Shown here: piece after piece, positions 10,902 to 19,891 of the stretch
Position numbering within the stretch: position 1 is the stretch's first letter
Layout of the letters: each line of letters opens with the position of its first letter
Assembly (NCBI GenBank): GCA_041690395.1
Contig: JAWLHJ010000006.1
Location: 102,530-166,529 of the forward strand
Direction: 5' to 3'
Length of the DNA: 64,000 bases
Origin: Longimicrobiales bacterium
GTDB taxonomy: Bacteria; Gemmatimonadota; Gemmatimonadetes; Longimicrobiales; Gaopeijiaceae
Position numbers and translations under genes: made by a program
The notes under the pieces: generated by a model
What the model saw: only the letters and a program-made list of their open reading frames with translations
What the model was told of the DNA's origin: nothing
Databases searched by the model: none

Positions 10902-11561
10902 TCAGCCGGCGCGGGCAGGATCATGCCGGCGGGGCATCTCATCGTAGTAGCGGAAGATCTTGTGACCCCCGCCCCGCACGAGCACATCCTTGAAGAGCTG
11001 CGCCTCGAACGGTCCCTCCCGCCCCTCCACGTCGAAGATCGTCCAACAGTCGGTGAGCACCTCGAACGTCTCGAACGTCTGCGTGGCGCCCCGGCACTGG
11101 ACCGTCCTGAAGCGCGCGTCGAGACCGTCGAAGACGGGGAGGAGCCTCGCCAGGCTACGGCGATCTCTCAGCTCGATGTTGGTCCACGCGAAGTCGATGG
11201 GGAAGTTCACCTCGGGCCGCGCGGCGGGAAGCTCGGGCCACACGACCTCGTTGTGCTCCCTCTCCGTGAGGCGGAGCTCGGCGAGCGTGACCGTGTCGGA
11301 CCGGCTCAAGGCCTCGAGCACCGTCCGTCCCAGTCCGTCGATCGTCTCGGTCGAGCCCGGGAAGCGGAGCTCGGCGCTCCCGGTCGTGGCGGGGGTGTCG
11401 GCCACACGGTCGTCCGACGGTGAGCAGCCAAAGACGCCCATGGCGGCCACGAGCATCCAGGTGACGAATCCTCCGGGGCCCCGCCTCGGCGGCCGAGCCG
11501 ACGCCATCCCTTCGCTGCGACGGACCCGGAAGTCCGCCTCGTGCCTGCCGTCCTGCTTCAC
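10902..11561 (-). CDS. Hypothetical lipoprotein (start uncertain)
   Basis: Hydrophobic stretch ending VFGC followed by a globular-looking domain; same strand as neighbours. Confidence 0.7.
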   Translation of the reverse strand: MKQDGRHEADFRVRRSEGMASARPPRRGPGGFVTWMLVAAMGVFGCSPSDDRVADTPATTGSAELRFPGSTETIDGLGRTVLEALSRSDTVTLAELRLTEREHNEVVWPELPAARPEVNFPIDFAWTNIELRDRRSLARLLPVFDGLDARFRTVQCRGATQTFETFEVLTDCWTIFDVEGREGPFEAQLFKDVLVRGGGHKIFRYYDEMPRRHDPARAG

Positions 11562-11781
11562 TGCCTGCCTCCTGTGAGCGATGAAGGGCCGGCGCCCTCA
11601 CACACCAGTTCTGCGGCCGCCGAGGCGGTGCAGGAGCGCGGGTAAGCCTGGCATGCGAGGGCCACCGACCCGATCACATCGTCCTTCGATTTCCCGGTCG
11701 CGCAGGGCGCGCTTCCGGCCGGACCCGGTGCGACCGGAGGGTGTCCCGCCCCTCCGGCCGCGCTCCGTGATCCGTGCCCGC

Positions 11782-13359
11782 CTAGTTCTGCGCGGTCGTG
11801 GTCCAGCCCGTGTACCAGGGCGTCGCCTCGCTCGGATCCACGCCGCCGATGAAGTCCACGGCCTCGAAGAAGTCGTCGGCCGGCGGCGTCGCGAAGCCGG
11901 TCAGCGCGGGCGACCCGTCGGCCGGACGGAAGTCCGGAGCCATGCGGTCGAACGGGTTCTCGAGGAGCGGATCGATGCCGAAGCGGTTGTTCCACGCGGC
12001 CTGCGTGAAGAACGCGTTGTCGTCGATGCCGTCGGCATCGTCGGAGATGTCCAGCGCGTTCTGCCCGATGATCGAGTTCTGCAGGGTGAGCCCGTTGTCG
12101 ATGGTCTCCTGGTTGTCGACATCGAGGCCGAAGGTCCCGAAGCCCATCACGATGGCGTTGTAGATGTCACCCGCCGTGCCGCGACGGAGGAGCATGCCCG
12201 TCGTCGACTCGCCAGCCGTCCCGCCCGCGCCGTCGATACCCTTACCGACGAGCGTCACGTTGTAGATGGTCGGCGCCGTGAACGGCGTCGCGGTGAAGTC
12301 GTCCTCGTTGCCGTCGACCTCGAATCCGTTGTCCGCGTCGTCCGGATCGTGCTGCGCGATCCAGAACTGGCCGCGGCCCTGCCAACCCGTCGAGTAGTCG
12401 AACGAGTCGTCGGAGATACCCGTGGCCAGGGCGTACTTCAGGTCCACGGTGCCGCCGAACCACTCGAAGCCGTCGTCCGACCCGTAGTGGGTCTGGAGGT
12501 GGTGCAGCTCGGTCCCGGAGCCGACGCCGTTCAGCGTCAGCGCGTTGAGCTCGTTACCGAAGCTGACCTCGTATCCCGCGAACTCGATGCGGGTGTAGGT
12601 CATGACGCCGCTGTTGTCGTCGAGGATCTCTCCGCCGTACGGGCCGGACGAGCCCTCACCGACGCACTCGGACGCCGGGAAGTTGCAGATGGAGCGGCCG
12701 TTCAGCACCACGCCGCCCCAGTCGCCGCGCTCACGCTGGCCGACCGGATTCTCGGAGGTGAAGACCACCGGCGCCTCTGCGGTGCCGTTCGAGAAGAGCT
12801 GGCCACCCTGACGGACGATCAGCGCCGACGGCGTGATGTTCACGTCGCCGAGCAGGAGCGTGCCCGCCGGAATGGTGAGGCTGGCTCCGTCCACGACGGT
12901 CACGATGCCCTGGATGAAGTACGTCGTGTCGGCGGACAGCTCACGGTCGCCCGTGATCTCGCCGCTGAGCACGGCCTCGGCCGGGAGCTCCTCGGGAACC
13001 TCTCCGACGACAGGGTCGCTCGGATCGGAGTTGCCCGAGCTGTTCTTGGCGATCACCCGGTAGCTGTAGGTCGAGCCCGGGGTCACCGAGTCGTCCGAGT
13101 ACTCGGTCCCGGTCACGTCGGAACCGATGGTGCTGAAGGTGGCGCCGGAAGCGGCCGCCTGGCGCTGCACGTCGTACGCGGTCGCGCCGTCCACGGCGGA
13201 CCACGAAACGACCAGCGCGCCACCGGAAAGCGTCACCGACGAGATCGTCGGCTGCGCCGGGGCGGTGTCCACCCCGGTCGGGTCGTCGTCACCGCACGCG
13301 GCCAGCGCGAACACGGCCAGCAGGGTGACGAGGGGGGTCAAGCGTCCTTTACGAGACAT
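11782..13359 (-). CDS. Acidic lipoprotein: FN3-like domain plus predicted parallel beta-helix domain
   Basis: Signal MSRKGRLTPLVTLLAVFALAAC (lipobox). FN3-like VSWSAVDGATAYDV...YSYRVIAKNSSG. Then GDWGGVVLNG, DNSGVMTYTRIEFAG, DDGFEWFGG, DDSFD repeats. Confidence 0.85.
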   Translation of the reverse strand: MSRKGRLTPLVTLLAVFALAACGDDDPTGVDTAPAQPTISSVTLSGGALVVSWSAVDGATAYDVQRQAAASGATFSTIGSDVTGTEYSDDSVTPGSTYSYRVIAKNSSGNSDPSDPVVGEVPEELPAEAVLSGEITGDRELSADTTYFIQGIVTVVDGASLTIPAGTLLLGDVNITPSALIVRQGGQLFSNGTAEAPVVFTSENPVGQRERGDWGGVVLNGRSICNFPASECVGEGSSGPYGGEILDDNSGVMTYTRIEFAGYEVSFGNELNALTLNGVGSGTELHHLQTHYGSDDGFEWFGGTVDLKYALATGISDDSFDYSTGWQGRGQFWIAQHDPDDADNGFEVDGNEDDFTATPFTAPTIYNVTLVGKGIDGAGGTAGESTTGMLLRRGTAGDIYNAIVMGFGTFGLDVDNQETIDNGLTLQNSIIGQNALDISDDADGIDDNAFFTQAAWNNRFGIDPLLENPFDRMAPDFRPADGSPALTGFATPPADDFFEAVDFIGGVDPSEATPWYTGWTTTAQN

Positions 13360-13466
13360 CCTGTGATTCTCCTGGTTATGGATGTTGCTCGGGCCGTGAT
13401 CCCCACGACCCGCCATGAGCGCCGCCGCCCGAACGGCTTCGACGCGGGCGGGAAACGTCCGGCTCA

Positions 13467-16277
13467 TTACCGGCCGCTTCCCCAACTGAGCGAGAGCGAC
13501 AGGGAGCGTCCGACGTCGTAAGACCGGAGCGTTCCGCCGCCCTGCGTGAACTCCACTTCGTTTCCGAGCAGCCGGTTGGCCGACAGCTTGGCCTTCCAGC
13601 CCGACCGGAGCGGAAGCTCGACGACCGCGTCGAGCTGGCTCCGTGCTTCTTCGTAGATCTCCGGCGTGGACTGTCCGCCGACCGCGTCGATGCGACGCCC
13701 GAATCGATTGAACAGCACGCTCGCGGAGGCGCCCTCCGACCCGGCCCACGTGAGGCCGAGATTGGCCACGTAGGGCGACTGGCCCTGGAGCGCGCGGTTC
13801 TTGGGGACCACCGCCAGCTCCGTGGCGCCCGTGCCCGGCAGGTAGACGTCGATCGAGCTGCCGGTGGTGACGTCCGAGCGAACGAGCGTCACGTTGGCGT
13901 TGAAGGAGAGGGGCGACAGGCCCCGCGCGAGGAAGCCCAGGTCGCTGCGGGCTTCGATCTCGACGCCGTAGTTGTCGGCCTCGTCCGCGTTCACCCAGGT
14001 CTTGATGAGCTCGCTGCTCGGGAGCACCGACACCTCGATCGGGTCGAGGAACTCCTTGTAGAAGCCGCTCACGGCGAGCACGGACTGGGGACCGGCGAAC
14101 CACTCCCAGCGCAGGTCGAAGTTCGAGATGCGGGCCCGGTCGAGCTGCGGGTTTCCGATGACGAGGAAGCCGCCGGCATAGTCCGCGAACGAGAACGGCG
14201 CCAGCTCACGCAACTCGGCCCTGGCCAGGGTGCGAGAGGCGCTGGCCCGGATGTTCATCTCGTCGCTGATCCCGACGGTGACGTTGATCGCCGGCAGGAC
14301 GTCCGTGGACTCCCGGTTGGCGCCTTCGATGGGGTCGAGGCCCGTGTCCCACAGATCCTTGGGGCTGACTTCCTGCAGGGTGCGCTCGATGCGCGCTCCG
14401 CCGGAGAGACGCAGCCCCCGGATGGGCTCGAAGTCCGCCATCAGGTAGGCCGCGTCGACACTCTGGCTCGCGTCGTAGTTGTCCGTCCGGAAGGTGGCCT
14501 CCCGGATCTCGAAGCCGTCGGGCGCGATGTAGCTCTGGTCTCCGCCGAACAGCTCGTCGGGCTGGAGGGTGCGCACGTCGTTGCCGATCATCCCGCCCGC
14601 CTGGGGACGGAAGCGGAAGCGGCGCGTGTAGGCCTCGCGGTCCTTGCGGTCGGTGCTGGCGCCCATCGCCACGGACGCCGGCAAGCCACCCAGCTCGAAC
14701 GGGATCTTCAACGAGGAGCCACCGTTCCAGCCCGAGTCCACCATGTCCTGGTGGAAGACCGAGCCGCTCTGGATGAAGTCGTCCCAGTAGAACTCACCGT
14801 CGAATTCACGGTAGAGCACCTCCCGGGTGCTGGGCTCGTAGCGCGAAGCGCGCGTCAGGGCGCCCCGCCACTGGAAGGTGGCGTCGCCGAGGAAGCCGAG
14901 CAGGTGCTCGCCCTCGAGCTGGCTGTTGACGAGCGATTGGCCGAGGTACTGCAGCCTCGAGTTCCACTGGTTGGTGTTCGAGTCCAGGTTGAACCCGGTG
15001 AGGACCCGCGAAGCGTCGTCGGTCAGGCGGTTGTAGACCGCGGACAGCTTGATCTGGTCGCTCGCCCGCGGCTGGAACGTCACGTTGGCCAGCCCGCCGA
15101 GCCCGACGGAGCGCTCGGCGATCTCGCCCGTGTAGTCCACTTCGGGGTCCGCCACACCGGAGGTCGAGAACACCCGCTCGACCACGTCCCGGCGCACGCT
15201 CTGGCTGGCCGAATAGTTCGCCGACGCGATGAAGCCGAGGCGGCGCTCGCCGCCGAGGTCGATCTCGTCGCCGAAGGAGACACCCACGCCGAGGTTCGGC
15301 GGGAGGCTGCGGGAGGTCGGCCCCCAACCACCCTGGAATCCGCGGCCGATCTGCTGGAGCTCCTCGGGCGAGAAGCTCGACCGGCTCACCTGCTGATCCC
15401 GCGGTATGCCGGCCGGCAGCCCCCGCGTGCCGTCGTCGAAGCCGAGCAGGTCGCGAGCGCCGCCCGCGTAGCCCAGCCCGTCCTTGAACGTCGCCGTGGA
15501 GTTCCAGCCCGTGGAGGCGCTGATGTTGAGGATGCGGTTGGCCGGAAAGTCACGCGTCCGGAGCTGCACCAGGCCGCCGGCGTGATCGCCGGGCTGGTCG
15601 GGCGAGTAGCTCTTCGAGGTGACGATGCTCTGCAGGAGATCCGACGGAATGATGTCGAGCGGAATGACCTTCTTGTCCGGTACCGGAGAAGCCAGTGGCG
15701 ACCCGTTGAGCGTCGTGGCGCTGTACCGCTCACCGAGGCCGCGCACGTAGGCGTACTTCCCGTCGACCACGGACAGGCCCGGCACCCGACGCAGGGCGGC
15801 ACCGGCGTCTCCGTCCGGTGTGCGGGACATCTGCTCGGCGCCGATGGCGTCGGAGACGACGGTGGACCGGCGGCGCTCCGACATGAGCGCGGTCGTGCTG
15901 CCCCGCTCCGCCGAGGACGTCACGACGACGCCTTCGAGCGCGACGGCCTGGGACTCGATCGTGATGTCGAGCTCGGTCGTCCGCCCTTCGGTCACCGTCA
16001 CGCCGGTCACGGTCTTTCCACCGTACCCGATGAGCTGGACCGTGATGTCGTGCGTCCCGACCGGCACGTCACGCAGCACGTAGCGCCCGTCGATCGACGA
16101 CAGGGCCCCGATGGAGCCCTCGCCGACGAACACCTGGGCGCTCGAGAGCGGCTCGGCCGTCTGCCCGCTGAGGACGCGGCCGACCACGCGCCCGGTTTGT
16201 GCTTCCACGGCGGCCGGCAGCCCCAGAAGGGCAACCACCGCCAAGAGTCGTAAGAACCTTCGCTTCGTACCGTTCAT
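13467..16277 (-). CDS. TonB-dependent receptor with N-terminal carboxypeptidase-regulatory-like domain
   Basis: Signal peptide ending AVEAQ, GRVVGRV N-domain, plug ALRRVPGLSV...YVRGLGERY...LDIIPS, beta-barrel IGNPQL...NFDLRWEWF, C-terminal SLSLSW. Confidence 0.93.
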   Translation of the reverse strand: MNGTKRRFLRLLAVVALLGLPAAVEAQTGRVVGRVLSGQTAEPLSSAQVFVGEGSIGALSSIDGRYVLRDVPVGTHDITVQLIGYGGKTVTGVTVTEGRTTELDITIESQAVALEGVVVTSSAERGSTTALMSERRRSTVVSDAIGAEQMSRTPDGDAGAALRRVPGLSVVDGKYAYVRGLGERYSATTLNGSPLASPVPDKKVIPLDIIPSDLLQSIVTSKSYSPDQPGDHAGGLVQLRTRDFPANRILNISASTGWNSTATFKDGLGYAGGARDLLGFDDGTRGLPAGIPRDQQVSRSSFSPEELQQIGRGFQGGWGPTSRSLPPNLGVGVSFGDEIDLGGERRLGFIASANYSASQSVRRDVVERVFSTSGVADPEVDYTGEIAERSVGLGGLANVTFQPRASDQIKLSAVYNRLTDDASRVLTGFNLDSNTNQWNSRLQYLGQSLVNSQLEGEHLLGFLGDATFQWRGALTRASRYEPSTREVLYREFDGEFYWDDFIQSGSVFHQDMVDSGWNGGSSLKIPFELGGLPASVAMGASTDRKDREAYTRRFRFRPQAGGMIGNDVRTLQPDELFGGDQSYIAPDGFEIREATFRTDNYDASQSVDAAYLMADFEPIRGLRLSGGARIERTLQEVSPKDLWDTGLDPIEGANRESTDVLPAINVTVGISDEMNIRASASRTLARAELRELAPFSFADYAGGFLVIGNPQLDRARISNFDLRWEWFAGPQSVLAVSGFYKEFLDPIEVSVLPSSELIKTWVNADEADNYGVEIEARSDLGFLARGLSPLSFNANVTLVRSDVTTGSSIDVYLPGTGATELAVVPKNRALQGQSPYVANLGLTWAGSEGASASVLFNRFGRRIDAVGGQSTPEIYEEARSQLDAVVELPLRSGWKAKLSANRLLGNEVEFTQGGGTLRSYDVGRSLSLSLSWGSGR

Positions 16278-16353
16278 TTGCTCCTTACCGTTTCCTGGGT
16301 GGAACGGACCTGCTTCGTTGCAAGGAGCCCCGCGCTCCCTTTTGCATGGGCGA

Positions 16354-16408
16354 AGGTTAGGGGGCGCAGGTAACGGCGAAGACCGGGAGTTGTAACGGCG
16401 CCGTAACG
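16354..16408 (-). promoter_or_regulatory. Pho-box-like direct repeats plus -10-like hexamer upstream of the TonB-dependent receptor
   Basis: Minus strand CGTTACG-GCGC-CGTTACA (16408-16391), a third in-phase CGTTACC 22 nt further on, and TAACCT (16359-16354) 31 nt after the second repeat. Confidence 0.7.
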
Positions 16409-16411
16409 CAC

Positions 16412-16448
16412 GAAAAGGGCGCCCCCCCATCGGGAGAGCGCCCTCTTC
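16412..16448 (-). terminator. Rho-independent terminator downstream of the nucleotidyltransferase gene
   Basis: Minus strand GAAGAGGGCGCTCTCCC-GAT-GGGGGGGCGCCCTTTTC hairpin ending in a short U-run. Confidence 0.65.
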
Positions 16449-16514
16449 GGTCTGCCTTGGACGATCTGCGGCCGGCAGCTCGTCACCAGGGGGCGGTCGG
16501 GCCGCCCCGGGGGC

Positions 16515-17513
16515 TCAGTCGCCCGTCACGACCGAGTCGTCCGTGACTGACAGCGAGCCGCGCACGCCGCGCAGGTCGGCCCTCGCGCCGACGATGGAGT
16601 CGTGCACCACCGAGGTCTCGACCTTCGCACCGGCGCCGATCACGCTGTCACGGATGCGACTGTCCGTCACGCGAACGCCCCGCTCGAGGGTGACGTTGGG
16701 GCCCACGCTCCCGCCCCGGACCACGACATCGGCCTCGATGCGAACCGGCTCCACGATCTCCGCGCCGTCGACGACGGCCGACGGGTCGACACCGCCCCGG
16801 GTGCTCGCCACGAGGTGCGCGTTGGTCTCGAGGAGCGTCTCGGGCTTCCCGGCGTCCCACCACCCCTGGACTGGCGCCGTGAGGATCTTGCTCCCATGGT
16901 CGACCATGTACTGGAACGCGTCGGTCAGGTAGAACTCGCCCGAGGGTCCCGGGGGCGAGTCCAGCGTGTGACGGATGCCCTCGTACAGCAGCTCGTGGTC
17001 ACGGATGTGGTACAGTCCGATGTTGGCGAGCTTGGAGATGGGCTCCGACGGCTTCTCGACGATCTTCTCCATCGTGCCGTCCTCGGCCGTGACGATGACG
17101 CCGAAGCGCTGGTAGTCCTCGACCTCCTTCGCCCAGATCACCCCCGCGTACTTCGAATCCAACGTCCGCGCGAGATCGTAGTCGACTTCGAGGACGGCGT
17201 CGGCGAAGACGATGAGCAGCTCGTCGTCGATGAAGGGCTCGGCGAGGGCCACCGCGCCCGCCGTACCGTCCTGGACTTCCTGCAGCACATAGTGGCCCCG
17301 GATTTGCGGATATTCCGCTTCGATCCACTCCTCGACCGTCTCGCGCAGGTAGCCGACGATGAAGACGATCTCTTCCACACCGACGTCGATCAGGTCGTCG
17401 AGGATATAGGCCAGGACCGGCTTTCCGGCGACCTTGAGGAGCGGCTTGGGGGTATGGTGCGTGTGCGGGCGAAGGCGTGTGCCTTTCCCCGCCAGGGGGA
17501 TGACGGCTTTCAT
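16515..17513 (-). CDS. Sugar-phosphate nucleotidyltransferase with C-terminal left-handed beta-helix
   Basis: MKAVIPLAGKGTRLRPHTHHTPKPLL, GEFYLTDAF, WWDAGKPE. Confidence 0.88.
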   Translation of the reverse strand: MKAVIPLAGKGTRLRPHTHHTPKPLLKVAGKPVLAYILDDLIDVGVEEIVFIVGYLRETVEEWIEAEYPQIRGHYVLQEVQDGTAGAVALAEPFIDDELLIVFADAVLEVDYDLARTLDSKYAGVIWAKEVEDYQRFGVIVTAEDGTMEKIVEKPSEPISKLANIGLYHIRDHELLYEGIRHTLDSPPGPSGEFYLTDAFQYMVDHGSKILTAPVQGWWDAGKPETLLETNAHLVASTRGGVDPSAVVDGAEIVEPVRIEADVVVRGGSVGPNVTLERGVRVTDSRIRDSVIGAGAKVETSVVHDSIVGARADLRGVRGSLSVTDDSVVTGD

Positions 17514-17663
17514 GGGCTCCGGGCTTGGCGAGTCACAAAGGTTCGCGCCACACTATACGCGGACCGGCTCGCCCTGGGGAGGGTCGCCGCCGGGGGGGGC
17601 TTCGTCCCCGGCACGGCTCCCCGGCGTGCCGCGCGACGAGAGCTCGGCCAACGGAGAGGGGAT

Positions 17664-18497
17664 ATGAAGTCGACAATGCAGGGTGTCGCGGGGTGGATGC
17701 TCGCGGTCGTCGCGATCGGAGGGTGCGCCGCCGGCGGCGGCGCCGGACCGGGAACGCCCGGAGCCGCCGGCACGGGCGCAGGGACGCCCGCCGAGGTCTT
17801 CGAGCCGCCGAGGGTGTACGAAGTCCCGCTGGACGCGCCGGTTTCCCCGGAGGAGCCCGGCTTCATCGAGGTCCAGGGCTCGGCGACGGTGACGGTGCCG
17901 TCCGACATGGCCCGGGTCACCTTCGCGGTCGAGACACGCTCGGTGACGGCGGCGGACGCGGCGGCGGAGAACGCGGACCTCATGGACGCGGTGCTCCGCA
18001 ACCTCAGAGCCGGCGGATTCAGCGAGCTGCGCCTCGAAACGTTCGGGTACACGCTGCGCCCCGAGTACTCCTTCTCGGACGAGCGCGCCCGCACCATCGA
18101 GGCGTACACCGCGCTCAACAACGTCCAGGCGACCGTCGGCGCCGTCGACCAGGTCGGTGGCGTGATCGACGCCGCGATCGCGGCCGGCGCGAACCGGATC
18201 TCGTCCATCTCGTTCGACGCGGAGGACACGTCGGAAGCCCGCGCCCGGGCGCTCGCCGAGGCCGTGGAGAACGCCCGTGCCGAAGCACGCGTGATCGCCG
18301 AGGCGCTCGGTCATGCACTCGGCCCGGCCCTCGAGGTTCGTGGCGGCGCCGAGCGGCCCTCGCCCCGCCCGGTCACGTATGAGGCCATGATGATGAGGTC
18401 GGACGCCGCGCCGACGCCCATCGAGGCCGGGGAGCGCACCGTGACCGCGAACGTCACCGTGCGCTTCGGCCTCGGACCGGAGCTCCCGGGACGTTGA
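17664..18497 (+). CDS. SIMPL (DUF541) domain lipoprotein
   Basis: Lipobox-like IGGC; IEVQGSATVTVPSDMA, IDAAIAAGANRI, ALAEAVENARAEA, VTANVTVRF. Confidence 0.85.
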   Translation: MKSTMQGVAGWMLAVVAIGGCAAGGGAGPGTPGAAGTGAGTPAEVFEPPRVYEVPLDAPVSPEEPGFIEVQGSATVTVPSDMARVTFAVETRSVTAADAAAENADLMDAVLRNLRAGGFSELRLETFGYTLRPEYSFSDERARTIEAYTALNNVQATVGAVDQVGGVIDAAIAAGANRISSISFDAEDTSEARARALAEAVENARAEARVIAEALGHALGPALEVRGGAERPSPRPVTYEAMMMRSDAAPTPIEAGERTVTANVTVRFGLGPELPGR

Positions 18498-18931
18498 GCG
18501 GAGCCGCACGGGGGAATACGTCCGACGGCGGAACCCGCACGGACCCGCGCGCGGCCGACCCCCGACTCTGGGGACGGACGTACGCGATTCCGTTCGCCCG
18601 GGTGTGGGACGCCGCGAAGAGCCTCACCGACGGTGGCCTCCGCGGATGGAGCATGGAGCGCGACGACGACCGCGAGGGCGTGATCGAGGCCGTCAGCCTG
18701 ACCTGGCTCCGCCGCAAGCCCGATCAGGTGACGGTCACCGTTCGCCTCGACGAGAACGCCCAGACCCGCGTCGACCTGCGCTGCGTGCGCGTCGAGGGAG
18801 CGTCGTCACGTCGTCGCCATCCGCGGCTCGTCGATCGCTTCATGGCCTCGCTCGATCGGAAGCTCGAGGCGACGCCCGGCCAGAAGCTCGATCCGACGGC
18901 CACTCCCGGATGGCAGCAGGAGGACGGGTGA
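18494..18931 (+). CDS. DUF1499-like protein
   Basis: DPRLWGRTY...GVIEAVS...DQVTVTV...TRVDLRC pattern; translationally coupled to both neighbours. Confidence 0.65.
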   Translation: MSGAARGNTSDGGTRTDPRAADPRLWGRTYAIPFARVWDAAKSLTDGGLRGWSMERDDDREGVIEAVSLTWLRRKPDQVTVTVRLDENAQTRVDLRCVRVEGASSRRRHPRLVDRFMASLDRKLEATPGQKLDPTATPGWQQEDG

Positions 18932-19887
18932 TGAGGCGACGCAACTTCTCGACAGCCATCGCGCTCATGCTCGTCAGCGCCATGGCCGGGTGTGGTGACG
19001 CCGCCCCGGAGCCGCAGCCCTCGACCGACGGAACCGAAGTCGCCCCGGCACCGGAGCGTGTCGTGGAGCGCGTCTACGAGAGGAGCTTCGCGTTCGTTGC
19101 GGAGCTCGGAGACAGTCTGCTCCTGGTTCCCTGGATCATGACCCATCAGGCGCGTCCGGACTCGGTCCTCAGGAACGTCGCGGGGTGGCTCTCCCGAGGG
19201 GGAACGTGGGAGCCGTTCTACCGGGAGCGCTGGTCGACGCCCGCTACCCGCAGCCCCGAGCGCATCCTGCCGTACCATACCCTGAGCATCGTCGTCCGCG
19301 ACGGGGATCTCGTCGACGGGCTCGTGTACCAGGACGGCCCGAGGAGCCTCGAGGTCGTCATGGGCGAGGTGATCGCGGCGTGGGTCGGCCCCGGCGGCGA
19401 GACGTTCGACCTCCTCGAGGGCGCGGCCTACCTCTCGGAGGAACGCATCGACGGGACGGTGGTCGACCTGTCGCGCTCCTGGACCCCGTCGGAGCAGCCC
19501 GCCGGAGACTGGGCGTTCCTCGTCTCGGGGGACTCCGTGCGAGTCGTGATGGCCGGGAGCGTCGAGCACGGCGCCGACACCGAGCCGGTCTACCGGATCT
19601 GGGCGCAGCGAGGCGCCGAGGATCTGGTGTGGCCGGAGGTGGAGGTCGACTGGGCCGGGCGCCAGGCGTTCCCACCGGCACGACGGGACGTCCCCACCAC
19701 CTGGTCCATCGCCTCGCCGGACGGGACCCTGTCGGGAACCCTGCGCAGCGTCACCTCCGAGATGGAGGCGGGCGAGGGCACGGGCCCACTCCTTCCCGTG
19801 CTTGCGCTCGTGGAAGTCGAGGGCGTGCTCGATGCACGCGGGAGCTCCATCCCGGTGCGCGGTATCCTCGTACACCAGCGGCGCTAG
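18931..19887 (+). CDS. Hypothetical lipoprotein, beta-rich
   Basis: Signal MRRRNFSTAIALMLVSAMAGC; TGATG overlap with the upstream gene. Confidence 0.75.
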   Translation: MRRRNFSTAIALMLVSAMAGCGDAAPEPQPSTDGTEVAPAPERVVERVYERSFAFVAELGDSLLLVPWIMTHQARPDSVLRNVAGWLSRGGTWEPFYRERWSTPATRSPERILPYHTLSIVVRDGDLVDGLVYQDGPRSLEVVMGEVIAAWVGPGGETFDLLEGAAYLSEERIDGTVVDLSRSWTPSEQPAGDWAFLVSGDSVRVVMAGSVEHGADTEPVYRIWAQRGAEDLVWPEVEVDWAGRQAFPPARRDVPTTWSIASPDGTLSGTLRSVTSEMEAGEGTGPLLPVLALVEVEGVLDARGSSIPVRGILVHQRR

Positions 19888-19891
19888 AAGG

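Noticed and set aside
13385..13468. Possible structured RNA between the TonB receptor and the lipoprotein gene
   Set aside because: Only short imperfect GC stems, expected by chance at this composition; no recognisable motif.
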